DNA from: Bacteroidales bacterium UBA1176
GTDB lineage: Bacteria; Bacteroidota; Bacteroidia; Bacteroidales; WCHB1-69
NCBI GenBank assembly: GCA_002311645.1
Contig: DBYW01000035.1
Coordinates: forward strand, 26,306-90,305
DNA length: 64,000 bases
Direction of reading: 5' to 3'
Under the pieces are notes generated by a model. It was not told the DNA's origin. It worked only from the letters and a program-made list of their open reading frames with translations, and searched no databases. A program made the position numbers and the translations under genes. Shown here piece after piece: positions 30,231-39,492 of the stretch; within the stretch, counting starts at the first letter, position 1, and every line of letters starts with the position of its first letter.

Positions 30231-30238
30231 CAAAAATA
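30231..30238 (-). promoter_or_regulatory. -7 element (TATTTTTG on minus strand) for the phosphodiester glycosidase gene
   Basis: The minus strand reads CGTATTTTTGCCCC, 21 nt upstream of ATG 30209. Confidence 0.55.
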
Positions 30239-30260
30239 CGAAATCCTGTCATTTTTTTGT

Positions 30261-30268
30261 TATCTTTG
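30261..30268 (+). promoter_or_regulatory. -7 element TATCTTTG for the FISUMP gene
   Basis: 15 nt upstream of ATG 30284. Confidence 0.55.
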
Positions 30269-30283
30269 CAACTTCTTTTTCAG

Positions 30284-31015
30284 ATGAAAAAAATCGGTTT
30301 ATTATTATTATTAATCATTGCAACACAGGTTGTTACAGCGCAGACCTCTATGGTAGGACGGCCATGCCCTGACATGCCGACCGTCTCAGACCACCAAGGC
30401 AACGTCTACCAGACCGTGCAGTTCGGCAATCAGTGTTGGATGGCCGAGAATATGCGATGCACAACTTCGCCATCTGGAAAAAGTTGGGCGCACAACCCCG
30501 TTTTCACCATCATGAATCCCATTTTCAGATCCTATTACATCACCGTGCGCAATGCCAATTACGGGAATCTCTACAATTGGTCTGCCGCCATGGATCTGGA
30601 CATCAACGAATACAGTTTCTTTTCGACGGACAAGTACCATCGTGGCATTTGTCCCGAAGGCTGGCATCTCCCAAGCAATGACGAATGGATGTTGCTGCTT
30701 GAAATGTTAGGAGGTTCCAATTACGCGGGCGCCGTGATGAAGAGCCGCGCCTCCAACTGGATTCAACCCGTCATAGCCCAACAGGTGAGCGGCTTTTCGG
30801 CCTTGCCTGCCGGCATCTACACAGAAGACGGGCTGCGCCATACGGGCAACTACGCCTATTTCTGGAGTTCCACTACCTACGACCGCCAAAACGCATGGGG
30901 TTGCGGCTTGTTCAGCTACAACAGCGACTGCTACAACATCCTCGACTACAAGTGTTACGGCCGTTCTGTAAGATGTTTGCGCGACGAACCGACTGAAGAA
31001 ATCGTCAAACTGTAG
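30284..31015 (+). CDS. Fibrobacter succinogenes major paralogous (FISUMP) domain protein
   Basis: ATG at 30284, 15 nt after TATCTTTG. Blocks are QCWMAENM, YGNLYNWSAA, CPEGWHLPSNDEW, GFSALPAG, YFWSST and SVRCLRD. Confidence 0.75.
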   Translation: MKKIGLLLLLIIATQVVTAQTSMVGRPCPDMPTVSDHQGNVYQTVQFGNQCWMAENMRCTTSPSGKSWAHNPVFTIMNPIFRSYYITVRNANYGNLYNWSAAMDLDINEYSFFSTDKYHRGICPEGWHLPSNDEWMLLLEMLGGSNYAGAVMKSRASNWIQPVIAQQVSGFSALPAGIYTEDGLRHTGNYAYFWSSTTYDRQNAWGCGLFSYNSDCYNILDYKCYGRSVRCLRDEPTEEIVKL

Positions 31016-32097
31016 ACCTTTCCAGGCCTGCATTCAATCACATCCTTGAGTTCCAAACCCAACAACAATCCAGCAAGCTTGGAGGGTGAAAAATCTGTCA
31101 ATGCTTCTGACAACGCATCAACAGGGGCGCTCCCCGAAGTGCGGATAAAGTCCACCACCTTCTGCTCTTCGTCCGTAAGTTCCACAAACAGTGAAGTTTG
31201 TACACCCGCAGCGTGTGATTCCCAGTTCATCATCTCTAATAAGTCCGCGCCAGAGGTGACCATCGCGGCTATATTTTTGCGGATAAGCGCGTGGCACCCC
31301 TCGAAATGAGGGTCGAATATGGAGCCTGGAATGGCGAATACGTCACGATTATAGGATTGCGCAATGTGTGCCGTGATGATGCTGCCGCCCTTTTCGGCGG
31401 TCTCGGCCACCAATACGGCATCGGCCATGCCCGCCACAATGCGGTTGCGGCGGGGAAAGTTGAGACGGTCGGGTTGCGTCTGATAGCTATATTCACTGAC
31501 CAACGAACCGCCTTGTTCCACAATCTGGGCGGCTAACCGGCGATTTTGGCTGGGGTAAACCGTACCGAGGCCACAGCCCATCACAGCCAGGGTGCGCAGG
31601 CCATACTCCAAGGAGCGGCTGTGCGCCTCTGTGTCAATGCCGTAGGCCAGGCCGCTCACGGTGGTCACATCGGCATCCCCCAAATCCGAAAGCACCTTGC
31701 GAACGGCGGAGCGCCCATACTCCGTAGCCTCGCGCGTGCCAACCACCGCCAACATCCGCGGCGCATTGAAATCGCACGACCCCTGATAATAGAACGCAAG
31801 CGGACCATCCGTGCAACTCTTCAGCCGATATGGATAATCACCATCCAGATAGAAGCACTGCCGCACACCGTTGCGATCCATCAGCCGCAACTCCTCGTCC
31901 ACCCTTCGCCGCAACGCGTCATTGACACTCAGGACAAGCGCAGCCTTGCCCCGCTTCCTCACCTGGCTCATCCATAAATCCTTCTTGACAAACACATTCT
32001 CCGCAGAACCTGCCAAACGAAGCATCTTTTTCATGGTAGCCGGGCCATAACCCTCCATCATGGTCAATGCAACTCTATAAAACTCTTCCGAATACAT
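30955..32097 (-). CDS. dprA: DNA-processing protein DprA (Smf)
   Basis: 380 aa with the core GLAYGIDTEAH...FPRRNRIVAGMADAVLVAETAEKGGSIITA...GRDVFAIPG-like. The last ~17 codons run antisense through the 3' end of the FISUMP gene. Confidence 0.85.
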   Translation of the reverse strand: MYSEEFYRVALTMMEGYGPATMKKMLRLAGSAENVFVKKDLWMSQVRKRGKAALVLSVNDALRRRVDEELRLMDRNGVRQCFYLDGDYPYRLKSCTDGPLAFYYQGSCDFNAPRMLAVVGTREATEYGRSAVRKVLSDLGDADVTTVSGLAYGIDTEAHSRSLEYGLRTLAVMGCGLGTVYPSQNRRLAAQIVEQGGSLVSEYSYQTQPDRLNFPRRNRIVAGMADAVLVAETAEKGGSIITAHIAQSYNRDVFAIPGSIFDPHFEGCHALIRKNIAAMVTSGADLLEMMNWESHAAGVQTSLFVELTDEEQKVVDFIRTSGSAPVDALSEALTDFSPSKLAGLLLGLELKDVIECRPGKVYSLTISSVGSSRKHLTERP

Positions 32098-32157
32098 CTT
32101 GTTTTTTTATTCATAATAATACGAATCTGCCATTTTTCACGTTATTCATAATGGTTG

Positions 32158-32165
32158 CAAAAATA
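32158..32165 (-). promoter_or_regulatory. -7 element (TATTTTTG on minus strand) for dprA
   Basis: 60 nt upstream of ATG 32097. Confidence 0.45.
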
Positions 32166-32220
32166 CTATATTTTTCAATTACAAACAAAGATTTAATAAT
32201 TTTAACAAATAATAGTAAAA

Positions 32221-33201
32221 ATGAAAAAAAATATTTATCTTCTTTTGGTGTTTGCCCTGGCACTTCTGGTTGGCTGCAAGCAGAAATCCACACCCGCATT
32301 CAAGGCGGACAATTTCTCCACCGGCAAGGCGGGCGAGATGATTTTGGCCATTGACACAAGCTATTGGACTCCGGCGGCGCGCACGCGCATCTATCAGGTG
32401 CTGCAGCAACCACAACCGGCCATCAACCAGGTGGAACCGCTATTCGACATCATCCAATGCAGCAACAAGGACTTTTTGGCATCCTTCACGCGCCATCGCA
32501 ACATTGTGCAATTCGACTACAACCCTAATTATTCCCAGAATTTCCTCGACTTGAAACGCGACCCGTACACCAAGCCCCAAATTCAAGCGGTGATTCGTGG
32601 CAACAACCAGGACTCCCTGCTTGCAATCTTCCTGGAACATCAAGACGAGATCGTGGAGGCCCTGTACGAAAACGACATCGCGCGGCTGCAAAATGCACAC
32701 CGCAAGCTCAACAACCCCAACGTGGAGAAGAAAATCAAGGAAAAATTCGGGCTCACCATGACTATCCCTGACGGCTATTTCGTAGGCCGCGAAGAGGATG
32801 ATTTCCTCTGGCTCTGTTTCCGCACCCCGAAAAACGATCGTTTTATCATGATTTACAAGTCACCCGCCTACGAACTGACCACTGAGAACATCGTTTACGA
32901 GCGCAATCGCATCACCAAGGCCTATATCCAAGGTGCGGTGCAGGGAGCCTACCCCATCGTGGCCGACCTTGATGGATTCCCGTTGATGCACGAATACAAG
33001 CTGCATTATCACAACGGCATTGAGCTCCGAGGATTGTGGGCGTCCGTGCGCGACAAGATGGGCGGCCCCTTCTACAGCTATACCATGCTCTCCCCCGACC
33101 AATCATCCTGCATCACGGTGGACGGCTTTGTCTATGCCCCGCAAGAGAAAAAACGCGACTACCTGCGCGAGGTGGAATCCATCGTGAAATCCATCAACTG
33201 A
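32221..33201 (+). CDS. Lipoprotein, DUF4837-like (tentative family call)
   Basis: 326 aa with lipobox LLVGC. GEMILAID..W......I..VLQQPQPAINQVEPLFDI...NKDF...RHRNIV resembles the DUF4837 pattern as I remember it. Confidence 0.55.
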   Translation: MKKNIYLLLVFALALLVGCKQKSTPAFKADNFSTGKAGEMILAIDTSYWTPAARTRIYQVLQQPQPAINQVEPLFDIIQCSNKDFLASFTRHRNIVQFDYNPNYSQNFLDLKRDPYTKPQIQAVIRGNNQDSLLAIFLEHQDEIVEALYENDIARLQNAHRKLNNPNVEKKIKEKFGLTMTIPDGYFVGREEDDFLWLCFRTPKNDRFIMIYKSPAYELTTENIVYERNRITKAYIQGAVQGAYPIVADLDGFPLMHEYKLHYHNGIELRGLWASVRDKMGGPFYSYTMLSPDQSSCITVDGFVYAPQEKKRDYLREVESIVKSIN

Positions 33202-33254
33202 TTTTTTTCTATTCCTTGTAACACTTTTTGGAAAAAGTGCATCTATAGGTTACC

Positions 33255-33809
33255 ATGCACGGTGACAATGAAACGAAAAAGCTCATCGAGGGATGCCTGA
33301 ACAACGATAGGCAGTCGCAGCGCGCGCTATACGACAAATATGCGCCGCAGATGTACCCCGTATGCATCCGCTACGCGGGCAACGAGACCGAAGCAGAGGA
33401 CATCCTCGTAGATGCTTTTCTCAACGTTTTCACCCACCTGCAGGAGCTGAAGAAGCACAGTTCATTGAAGAGTTGGATCTATGCCACTGTCGTGCGGACA
33501 TCGCTCATGCATCTCCGCGCAAAACGGCAGCATCCCTTCATGGAGTCTTTCGACGACATGGACGATAGCTACAACTGCCCCGCACCTGATGGGGAAGCAG
33601 CGATTGTCGCGAAGATGGAAGCCCAGCAAGCGATGAAAATCATCGCCCGATTGCCGGAAACACAACGCACCATCTTCAACATGTACGCTATCGACGGCTT
33701 CGGCTATAAGGAGATCGCGGAGACGCTGGAAATGAACGAAAGCTCCGTCAGGGTGTATTATCAACGCGCAAGGCATTGGATTCTATCTGTAATGAACAAA
33801 CAGAAATAA
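33255..33809 (+). CDS. ECF (sigma-70 group IV) RNA polymerase sigma factor
   Basis: 184 aa. Region 2 (YAPQMYPVCIRYAGNETEAEDILVDAFLNVF) and region 4 (LPETQRTIFNMYAIDGFGYKEIAETLEMNESSVRVYYQRAR) are both present. Confidence 0.85.
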   Translation: MHGDNETKKLIEGCLNNDRQSQRALYDKYAPQMYPVCIRYAGNETEAEDILVDAFLNVFTHLQELKKHSSLKSWIYATVVRTSLMHLRAKRQHPFMESFDDMDDSYNCPAPDGEAAIVAKMEAQQAMKIIARLPETQRTIFNMYAIDGFGYKEIAETLEMNESSVRVYYQRARHWILSVMNKQK

Positions 33810-33816
33810 CTGGGAA

Positions 33817-34764
33817 ATGAAAGAGATCAAGGACATATTGGAAAACTATACGCAACAGCCGCCCGCCAGTGGCTGGGAACGGCTCAGCAGCCAGTTGGAC
33901 GCGCTCGCCCCCATGGGCGGCGAGTCTGCTGCGACGTCTTCCACCGGCGCATCGGCAGCCGGCACGGCAGCTAAAGGAGCGGCTTTCTCCGTCTCCAAGG
34001 CACTGCTCGTCGCAGCCGCAGGCCTGCTGACCACCGCCGCTGTAGTCACTGCCGTAATAATTCATAATGAAAAATCCGATATACAAAGCACAGAATTGCC
34101 CAACGGACAAACCGCTGACAACTCCACGATCGTTTTGACGGACAGCACCATCACAACCACACCCGAGGAGGAAAGATCCTTGGCTGTCCAAGACAACACT
34201 CCATCCGAAGAACCCGCTCCTGCTGCTCCATCCGACAATGCGCCTGTTGCCAACCCTGTCACGACACCCATTGTTGACAACACTCCTTCAACACCTGCTG
34301 CCATCCCTGCCACCACTTCTCCCAAGATGTCCGTATCGCCAGCTAAGACGCCCACGCCCACCCTTTCGCTCCAGCGTCCGAACGTCACCCCCACCCTCTC
34401 ACACATCGCCCTTCCACAGCAGTCCACTATACTCCACCAACAACAAGAAGACCCTGTGGTCCAAAGCATGGATCCTGACGAGATGGATTGGAGTGCACCC
34501 GTAAAAATCGAGATTCCGAACGTCTTCACCCCTAACGGCGATGGATTCAACGACCAATTTGTCATCCAAGGCATCGAAAATTGTGACAAACACGAACTGA
34601 TTGTCCGTAATCGTGGCGGAAACGTCGTCTTCCGCAGCAATTCGTATGAAAACAATTGGAACGGCGACAACTGTCCCGACGGAACATACACCTACCAATT
34701 CCTGTACAGCAGCCACGGCATCTCACAGGAGATGAAAGGCAATGTGATGATAATTCGGAAATAG
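33817..34764 (+). CDS. Single-pass membrane protein: anti-sigma-like N-terminus, Thr/Pro-rich linker, T9SS type-B C-terminal sorting domain
   Basis: Starts 7 nt after the sigma stop. 315 aa. The N-terminal ~58 aa are hydrophilic, followed by one helix ALLVAAAGLLTTAAVVTAVII and a low-complexity linker. The C-terminus reads IPNVFTPNGDGFNDQFVI...NWNGD..DGTYTYQF...GNVMIIRK. Confidence 0.7.
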   Translation: MKEIKDILENYTQQPPASGWERLSSQLDALAPMGGESAATSSTGASAAGTAAKGAAFSVSKALLVAAAGLLTTAAVVTAVIIHNEKSDIQSTELPNGQTADNSTIVLTDSTITTTPEEERSLAVQDNTPSEEPAPAAPSDNAPVANPVTTPIVDNTPSTPAAIPATTSPKMSVSPAKTPTPTLSLQRPNVTPTLSHIALPQQSTILHQQQEDPVVQSMDPDEMDWSAPVKIEIPNVFTPNGDGFNDQFVIQGIENCDKHELIVRNRGGNVVFRSNSYENNWNGDNCPDGTYTYQFLYSSHGISQEMKGNVMIIRK

Positions 34765-34769
34765 GGTCT

Positions 34770-37376
34770 TTATTTCTTCCCCTTCGTCAGCAGTTGCTGA
34801 ATCTCATTGAGTTTCATAAGGGCCTCCACCGGCGTGAGCCCGTTAATGTTGAGTCCTACAATCAAATCTTTCACTTCCAAGAGCAAAGGATCATCCAAGT
34901 TAATGAAGCTCAGTTGATAGCCGGGCGATGACTTCTCGATGGTCATCTTGTTTCCATTGGCATCGGAGCGTGACTTTTCAAGCTGCTTCAGTATCTCCTC
35001 AGCACGGCGCAACACCTGCTGGGGCATACCTGCCATACGGGCCACGTGGATGCCGAAACTGTGTTCGCTGCCGCCCTTTTCCAATTTACGCAGGAAGAAG
35101 ACCTTGTTGTCGATTTCCTTGACGGAAACATGGTAGTTCTTGATACGGGAGAACTGGCCAGCCATATCGTTAAGTTCATGATAGTGGGTGGCAAAGAGCA
35201 CCTTGGCACGATAGTAAGCATTTTCGTGGAGATATTCCGCAATAGACCACGCGATGGAAACACCATCGTATGTACTGGTCCCGCGCCCGATTTCATCGAG
35301 CAGAATCAAGCTGCGATCGGAGATATTGTTGAGGATGCTGGCCGTTTCGTTCATCTCGACCATGAAGGTGGACTCGCCCGTAGAGATGTTGTCGGAAGCC
35401 CCCACGCGGGTGAAGACCTTGTCGACGATGCCGATGTCGGCACAGCGCGCGGACACGAAGCAGCCCATTTGCGCCATCAGAACAATAAGGGCCGTTTGCC
35501 GTAACAAAGCCGATTTACCCGACATATTGGGACCTGTAATGATGATGATTTGCTGCTTGTTGTTGTCAAGATGGACATCATTGGCGATATAAGGCTCGCC
35601 AGGCGGCAGCTGCCGTTCAATGACGGGGTGACGTCCTCCCTTGATATCGAGTGCTGTACCCTCGTTGATAGTGGGCTTGACGTAATTGTTTTCCGCCGAG
35701 ACTGCGGCGAAGCAGAGCAGCACATCAAGCCGCGCCGCCAGACGAGCATCGAGCTGAATCATCGGTATATAATCCAACAAGCTCACCAACAATTTATTGT
35801 AAAGGCGTGTCTCGATTTCGAGCATCTTGTCCTGCGCACCCAAAATCTTAGATTCAAGCTCTTTGAGTTCCTCCGTAATGTAACGTTCGCCATTGGTGAG
35901 TGTCTGCTTGCGTGTCCACTCAGGCGGCACTTTGGACTTGTGTGTATTGGTAACCTCAATATAATAGCCGAAGACGTTGTTGAATCCGATTTTAAGGGAG
36001 GGGATGCCGGTGCGATCCGATTCGCGGCGCTGGATGTCAACTAGGATATCGCGACTGTTGGTTGCAAGGGTGAACAGTTCATCAAGTTCGGAATCCACAC
36101 CGCGGTTAAAGATGCCGCCTTTGCTAACCACAACGGGTGCTTCTTCCTGGATCTCTTTCTCGATGCGTGTGCAGATGGTGAGGCAGGGGTTCAGTTGTTC
36201 GGCAATCTTGGCCAAGGCGGGATGTTCGGCTTGCGCACAGAGTCCTTTCATGTGTTCGACGGCGCGCAGGGCGCGGGCGAGCTGCAGCACCTCGCGCGGG
36301 TTGATCTTGCCCGTGGCAATCTTGGACACCATCCTTTCGAGGTCGCCGATGCGCTTGAGCGAACTGCCCAACTCATCAGCCAACTCCTCGTGAGCCATAA
36401 AGAATTCCACCATTGAGAGACGCTCGTCGATCAAAACCTTCTCCTTGAGGGGCATGAGCATCCACTTGCGCAGCATGCGCGAGCCCATCGGTGTCTGGGT
36501 CTGGTCGAGGACTTGCAGGAGTGTAACGGCGTTCTCATTGGCACTGCTTACCAATTCAAGATTGCGGATGGTGAAGCGATCGAGCCAGACGTAGTGTTCC
36601 TCTTCGATGCGATTGATCTTGTTGATATGCTGAATCTTGTGATTCTGTGTCTCATAGACATAATGCAGGGCGGCGCCGGCGGCGATGATGCCTTGTGTCA
36701 GATTGTCCACACCGAAGCCCTTGAGCGAAGCGGTTTGAAAATGTTTGAGCAGAAGCTCGTGGGCAAAATCAGTGGTAAAAACCCAATCTTCAAGGGGTGT
36801 GAGCAGCATCTTTTCGCCGAAATGCTCCTTGAAGGCATTGGTCTTGCCCTTTTGGATAACTAATTCGGAGGGTTTGAAGTTCTGGAAAAGCTTGTCAACA
36901 TAGTCATAGTCGCCTTCCGCCACGTAGAACTCACCCGTAGAGATGTCAAGGAATGCGATGCCGCATATTTTTTCATTGAACTGGATGGCGGCGAGGAAGT
37001 TGTTCTCCCTTTGTTCGAGGACCTTGTCGTTGATGGAGACGCCGGGCGTAACCATCTCGGTGATGCCACGTTTGACAAGTTTCTTGGCAAATTTCGGGTC
37101 TTCAAGCTGTTCGCAGATGGCAACACGCATGCCAGCACGCACAAGTTTGGGCAAATAGACATCCAGCGCGTGGTGGGGAAACCCGGCCAACTGTGTCTGG
37201 GTAAGCCCCTTGCCATGCTTGGTCAGGGTAATGCCCAAAATCTTGGAGGAGGTAACAGCATCCTCTCCGTACGTCTCGTAAAAATCGCCCACCCGGAACA
37301 AGAGGATGGCATCGGGATGCTGCGCCTTAAAGCGATTATATTGCTGCATCAGAGGGGTCTCTTTCGTCTTTTCCAT
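34770..37376 (-). CDS. mutS: DNA mismatch repair protein MutS
   Basis: 868 aa. N-terminus TPLMQQY. Walker A GPNMSGKS. ATPase block ST(F/Y)xxEM and [12 protein letters not shown]. Confidence 0.95.
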   Translation of the reverse strand: MEKTKETPLMQQYNRFKAQHPDAILLFRVGDFYETYGEDAVTSSKILGITLTKHGKGLTQTQLAGFPHHALDVYLPKLVRAGMRVAICEQLEDPKFAKKLVKRGITEMVTPGVSINDKVLEQRENNFLAAIQFNEKICGIAFLDISTGEFYVAEGDYDYVDKLFQNFKPSELVIQKGKTNAFKEHFGEKMLLTPLEDWVFTTDFAHELLLKHFQTASLKGFGVDNLTQGIIAAGAALHYVYETQNHKIQHINKINRIEEEHYVWLDRFTIRNLELVSSANENAVTLLQVLDQTQTPMGSRMLRKWMLMPLKEKVLIDERLSMVEFFMAHEELADELGSSLKRIGDLERMVSKIATGKINPREVLQLARALRAVEHMKGLCAQAEHPALAKIAEQLNPCLTICTRIEKEIQEEAPVVVSKGGIFNRGVDSELDELFTLATNSRDILVDIQRRESDRTGIPSLKIGFNNVFGYYIEVTNTHKSKVPPEWTRKQTLTNGERYITEELKELESKILGAQDKMLEIETRLYNKLLVSLLDYIPMIQLDARLAARLDVLLCFAAVSAENNYVKPTINEGTALDIKGGRHPVIERQLPPGEPYIANDVHLDNNKQQIIIITGPNMSGKSALLRQTALIVLMAQMGCFVSARCADIGIVDKVFTRVGASDNISTGESTFMVEMNETASILNNISDRSLILLDEIGRGTSTYDGVSIAWSIAEYLHENAYYRAKVLFATHYHELNDMAGQFSRIKNYHVSVKEIDNKVFFLRKLEKGGSEHSFGIHVARMAGMPQQVLRRAEEILKQLEKSRSDANGNKMTIEKSSPGYQLSFINLDDPLLLEVKDLIVGLNINGLTPVEALMKLNEIQQLLTKGKK

Positions 37377-37395
37377 AGTGTCTCCAAATAGTTGG

Positions 37396-37403
37396 CAAAG
37401 GTA
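37396..37403 (-). promoter_or_regulatory. -7 element (TACCTTTG on minus strand) for mutS
   Basis: 19 nt upstream of ATG 37376. Confidence 0.55.
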
Positions 37404-37514
37404 TGATTTTTATTCGAAACAAAGCGCGTTTTTTTTTCAAAGATTCTTTAACTTTATTGGATTTTTCTTGTCAATAAAAATTTTGAAGACGGGCAGGTAC
37501 ATATAAAAAAAGTG

Positions 37515-37522
37515 TATTTTTG
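37515..37522 (+). promoter_or_regulatory. Strong promoter cassette for ferredoxin
   Basis: AAAAAAAGTGTATTTTTGCCGCC, 34 nt upstream of ATG 37557. TTTG at 37492-37495 leaves a 19-nt gap. Confidence 0.7.
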
Positions 37523-37556
37523 CCGCCAGATAAAACAACAACTAAAACTTAAAAAA

Positions 37557-37727
37557 ATGGCTTACAAAATCAATCCGGATCTCTGCGCCGCTTGTGGCAC
37601 TTGCATTGGCGAATGCCCGCAAGAAGCTATCTCTGAAGGCGCCGCTTACTCTATCAACCCCGATCTCTGCATCGAATGCGGAGCTTGTGCGGATGTTTGT
37701 CCTTGCGAAGCTATCAGCTTGGAGTAG
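37557..37727 (+). CDS. 2x[4Fe-4S] ferredoxin
   Basis: 56 aa from the internal ATG 37557. Two CxxCxxCxxxCP motifs (CAACGTCIGECP, CIECGACADVCP). Strong promoter cassette upstream and terminator downstream. Confidence 0.85.
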   Translation: MAYKINPDLCAACGTCIGECPQEAISEGAAYSINPDLCIECGACADVCPCEAISLE

Positions 37728-37741
37728 TAAGTGAAAATCTG

Positions 37742-37778
37742 AAAAAAAAACGGGTGCGAATTCGCATCCGTTTTTTTT
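37742..37778. terminator. Bidirectional terminator between ferredoxin and the ompH operon
   Basis: A9 run, then stem ACGGGTGCGAA / TTCGCATCCGT (one G-T pair), then a T8 run. Confidence 0.8.
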
Positions 37779-37827
37779 GCTTTTACTGAAAAACAGTCAG
37801 GATGAACTAACCCATCACAAGAAAGGG

Positions 37828-38325
37828 CTACTTCCCGATCTCCTTCTTTACCTCCGCCGTCAAGTCATCGGCACTGCCGTGGAAAGCAAGTGTCGAGATG
37901 TCGAACACGTAAGTATAGTTGCCGGCGGCGGCGACTTTCTTGACAGCCGCGAGCAATTTGTCTTGGAACGGCTGCAACAACTCAAGCTGTTTTCTCTGCA
38001 AATCCTGCTCGCTCATCGAAGCGAAATCCTGAATGCGCGTGTAAAGCTTGGTCATCTCATCTTCCTTCACCTTCAGGATGGCGGAAGAGGCGCCCGAGTT
38101 GGCCAACTGCATGTATGCGGCCTGTTTTTCCTTGAATTCGTTCACCATCTGCTGACCGGTCGCTTCCAGCTCCTGCTGGTATTCCATCAACTTGGCCTGT
38201 GCCGTGTCGATGCCGGGCATCTCTTTCATCAAGGCGCCGTAGTCCACATGCCCGAATTTGGCTTTCTGCGAAAAGCCGGACAGCGTGGCAAGGAGACACA
38301 ATAGGATAAGAATCAGTCTTTTCAT
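37828..38325 (-). CDS. OmpH/Skp-family periplasmic chaperone (third copy)
   Basis: 165 aa with a signal peptide. It is coiled-coil rich (QQELEATGQQMVNEFKEKQAAY) and ends ...YTYVFD.... Confidence 0.75.
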   Translation of the reverse strand: MKRLILILLCLLATLSGFSQKAKFGHVDYGALMKEMPGIDTAQAKLMEYQQELEATGQQMVNEFKEKQAAYMQLANSGASSAILKVKEDEMTKLYTRIQDFASMSEQDLQRKQLELLQPFQDKLLAAVKKVAAAGNYTYVFDISTLAFHGSADDLTAEVKKEIGK

Positions 38326-38337
38326 CGTCGCGTCCTC

Positions 38338-38835
38338 CTATTTGATGCCTAATTCTTTCTTCACTAACGGAGTGATATCGTCACCATTTTCGTAATAGAG
38401 CAAGATCTTGGTGTCGAAGATGTATGCATAGCCATTCGCCTTGGCGACCTTGTCGATGGCGTTTTGGATGGCATCCTGGAACGGCTTGGCCAGCTCATAC
38501 TGTTTTTCCTCAAGATCGTCTTGGGCATTGGCCTGGAATTCCTGAATACGGAGACCGAGATCCTCAAGTTCCTTCTCACGCACTTGGCGCACGGCGGAAG
38601 ACATGGTGCCCACCTCGCGGTCAAACTTGTCCTTCTTCGTCTGATATTCATTCATCATGCTTTCATACATGGCCTGCAGGTCTTTTTGAAAAGCTTGAAG
38701 TTTAAATTGAAGGGAATCCACGCCAGGCATCACTTCCAGAATCGAGCTGGAATTGACATGGCCGTACTTCTGGGCATTTGCCGGTACCACAGCTGCAAAA
38801 AGGGCTACGGCAACAAATAACAAAATCTTTTTCAT
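38338..38835 (-). CDS. OmpH/Skp-family periplasmic chaperone (second copy)
   Basis: 165 aa with a signal peptide and the same architecture (KYGHVNSSSILEVMP...YAYIFD). Confidence 0.75.
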   Translation of the reverse strand: MKKILLFVAVALFAAVVPANAQKYGHVNSSSILEVMPGVDSLQFKLQAFQKDLQAMYESMMNEYQTKKDKFDREVGTMSSAVRQVREKELEDLGLRIQEFQANAQDDLEEKQYELAKPFQDAIQNAIDKVAKANGYAYIFDTKILLYYENGDDITPLVKKELGIK

Positions 38836-38874
38836 CTTTATCTTTACTATATTATATTATTGTATAATCGAAAA

Positions 38875-39405
38875 CTAATCGTCCAACTCATTGTTGACGG
38901 AGATGCCGAGTTTTTGAAGGATGGCATTGTTGATATCCCATTTGGGGTCGGCATAGATGATGGTCATCTCGCCAGCCGTGTCGAAGACAAAAGCATAGCC
39001 TTTCTCCCTTGCATAGTCATTCACAGTGGAGATCACGCGGTCTTGGATGGGTTTCACCAATTCCTCCCTTTTCTTGAAAAGGTCACCATCTTGTCCGAAA
39101 CGCTTCTTCTGGAGATCCTTGGCAGCTTTCTCTTGGGCGATGATGGCATCTTCGCGGTTTTTCTTCATCTGTTCGGGCATAGTAACAGCCTCGACTTGAT
39201 ATTTACGGTACATGGAGTCGATGGAAGCAAATTTGGCCTCAATTTCTTTTTGCCACAACACAGCCACACGGTTCAGTTCTGCCTGTGCCTCTTTGTACTC
39301 AGACATGTTGGAGAGGATGTACTCGGAGTTGATGTAAGCATATTTCTGAGCGAATCCAGCGAGGGACAGAAGGACAATCATTGCGGATAAGATTATTTTC
39401 TTCAT
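38875..39405 (-). CDS. OmpH/Skp-family periplasmic chaperone (first copy, next to bamA)
   Basis: 176 aa with a signal peptide (KYAYINSEYILSNM...YAFVFD). Confidence 0.75.
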   Translation of the reverse strand: MKKIILSAMIVLLSLAGFAQKYAYINSEYILSNMSEYKEAQAELNRVAVLWQKEIEAKFASIDSMYRKYQVEAVTMPEQMKKNREDAIIAQEKAAKDLQKKRFGQDGDLFKKREELVKPIQDRVISTVNDYAREKGYAFVFDTAGEMTIIYADPKWDINNAILQKLGISVNNELDD

Positions 39406-39492
39406 AGCTTTAAGTGTTAAAACGTGTGATTAACGTGACTATATGGTTTTTATTATAGTTTTTTATTGTTGAAAAAACAGATGCATAGACTA

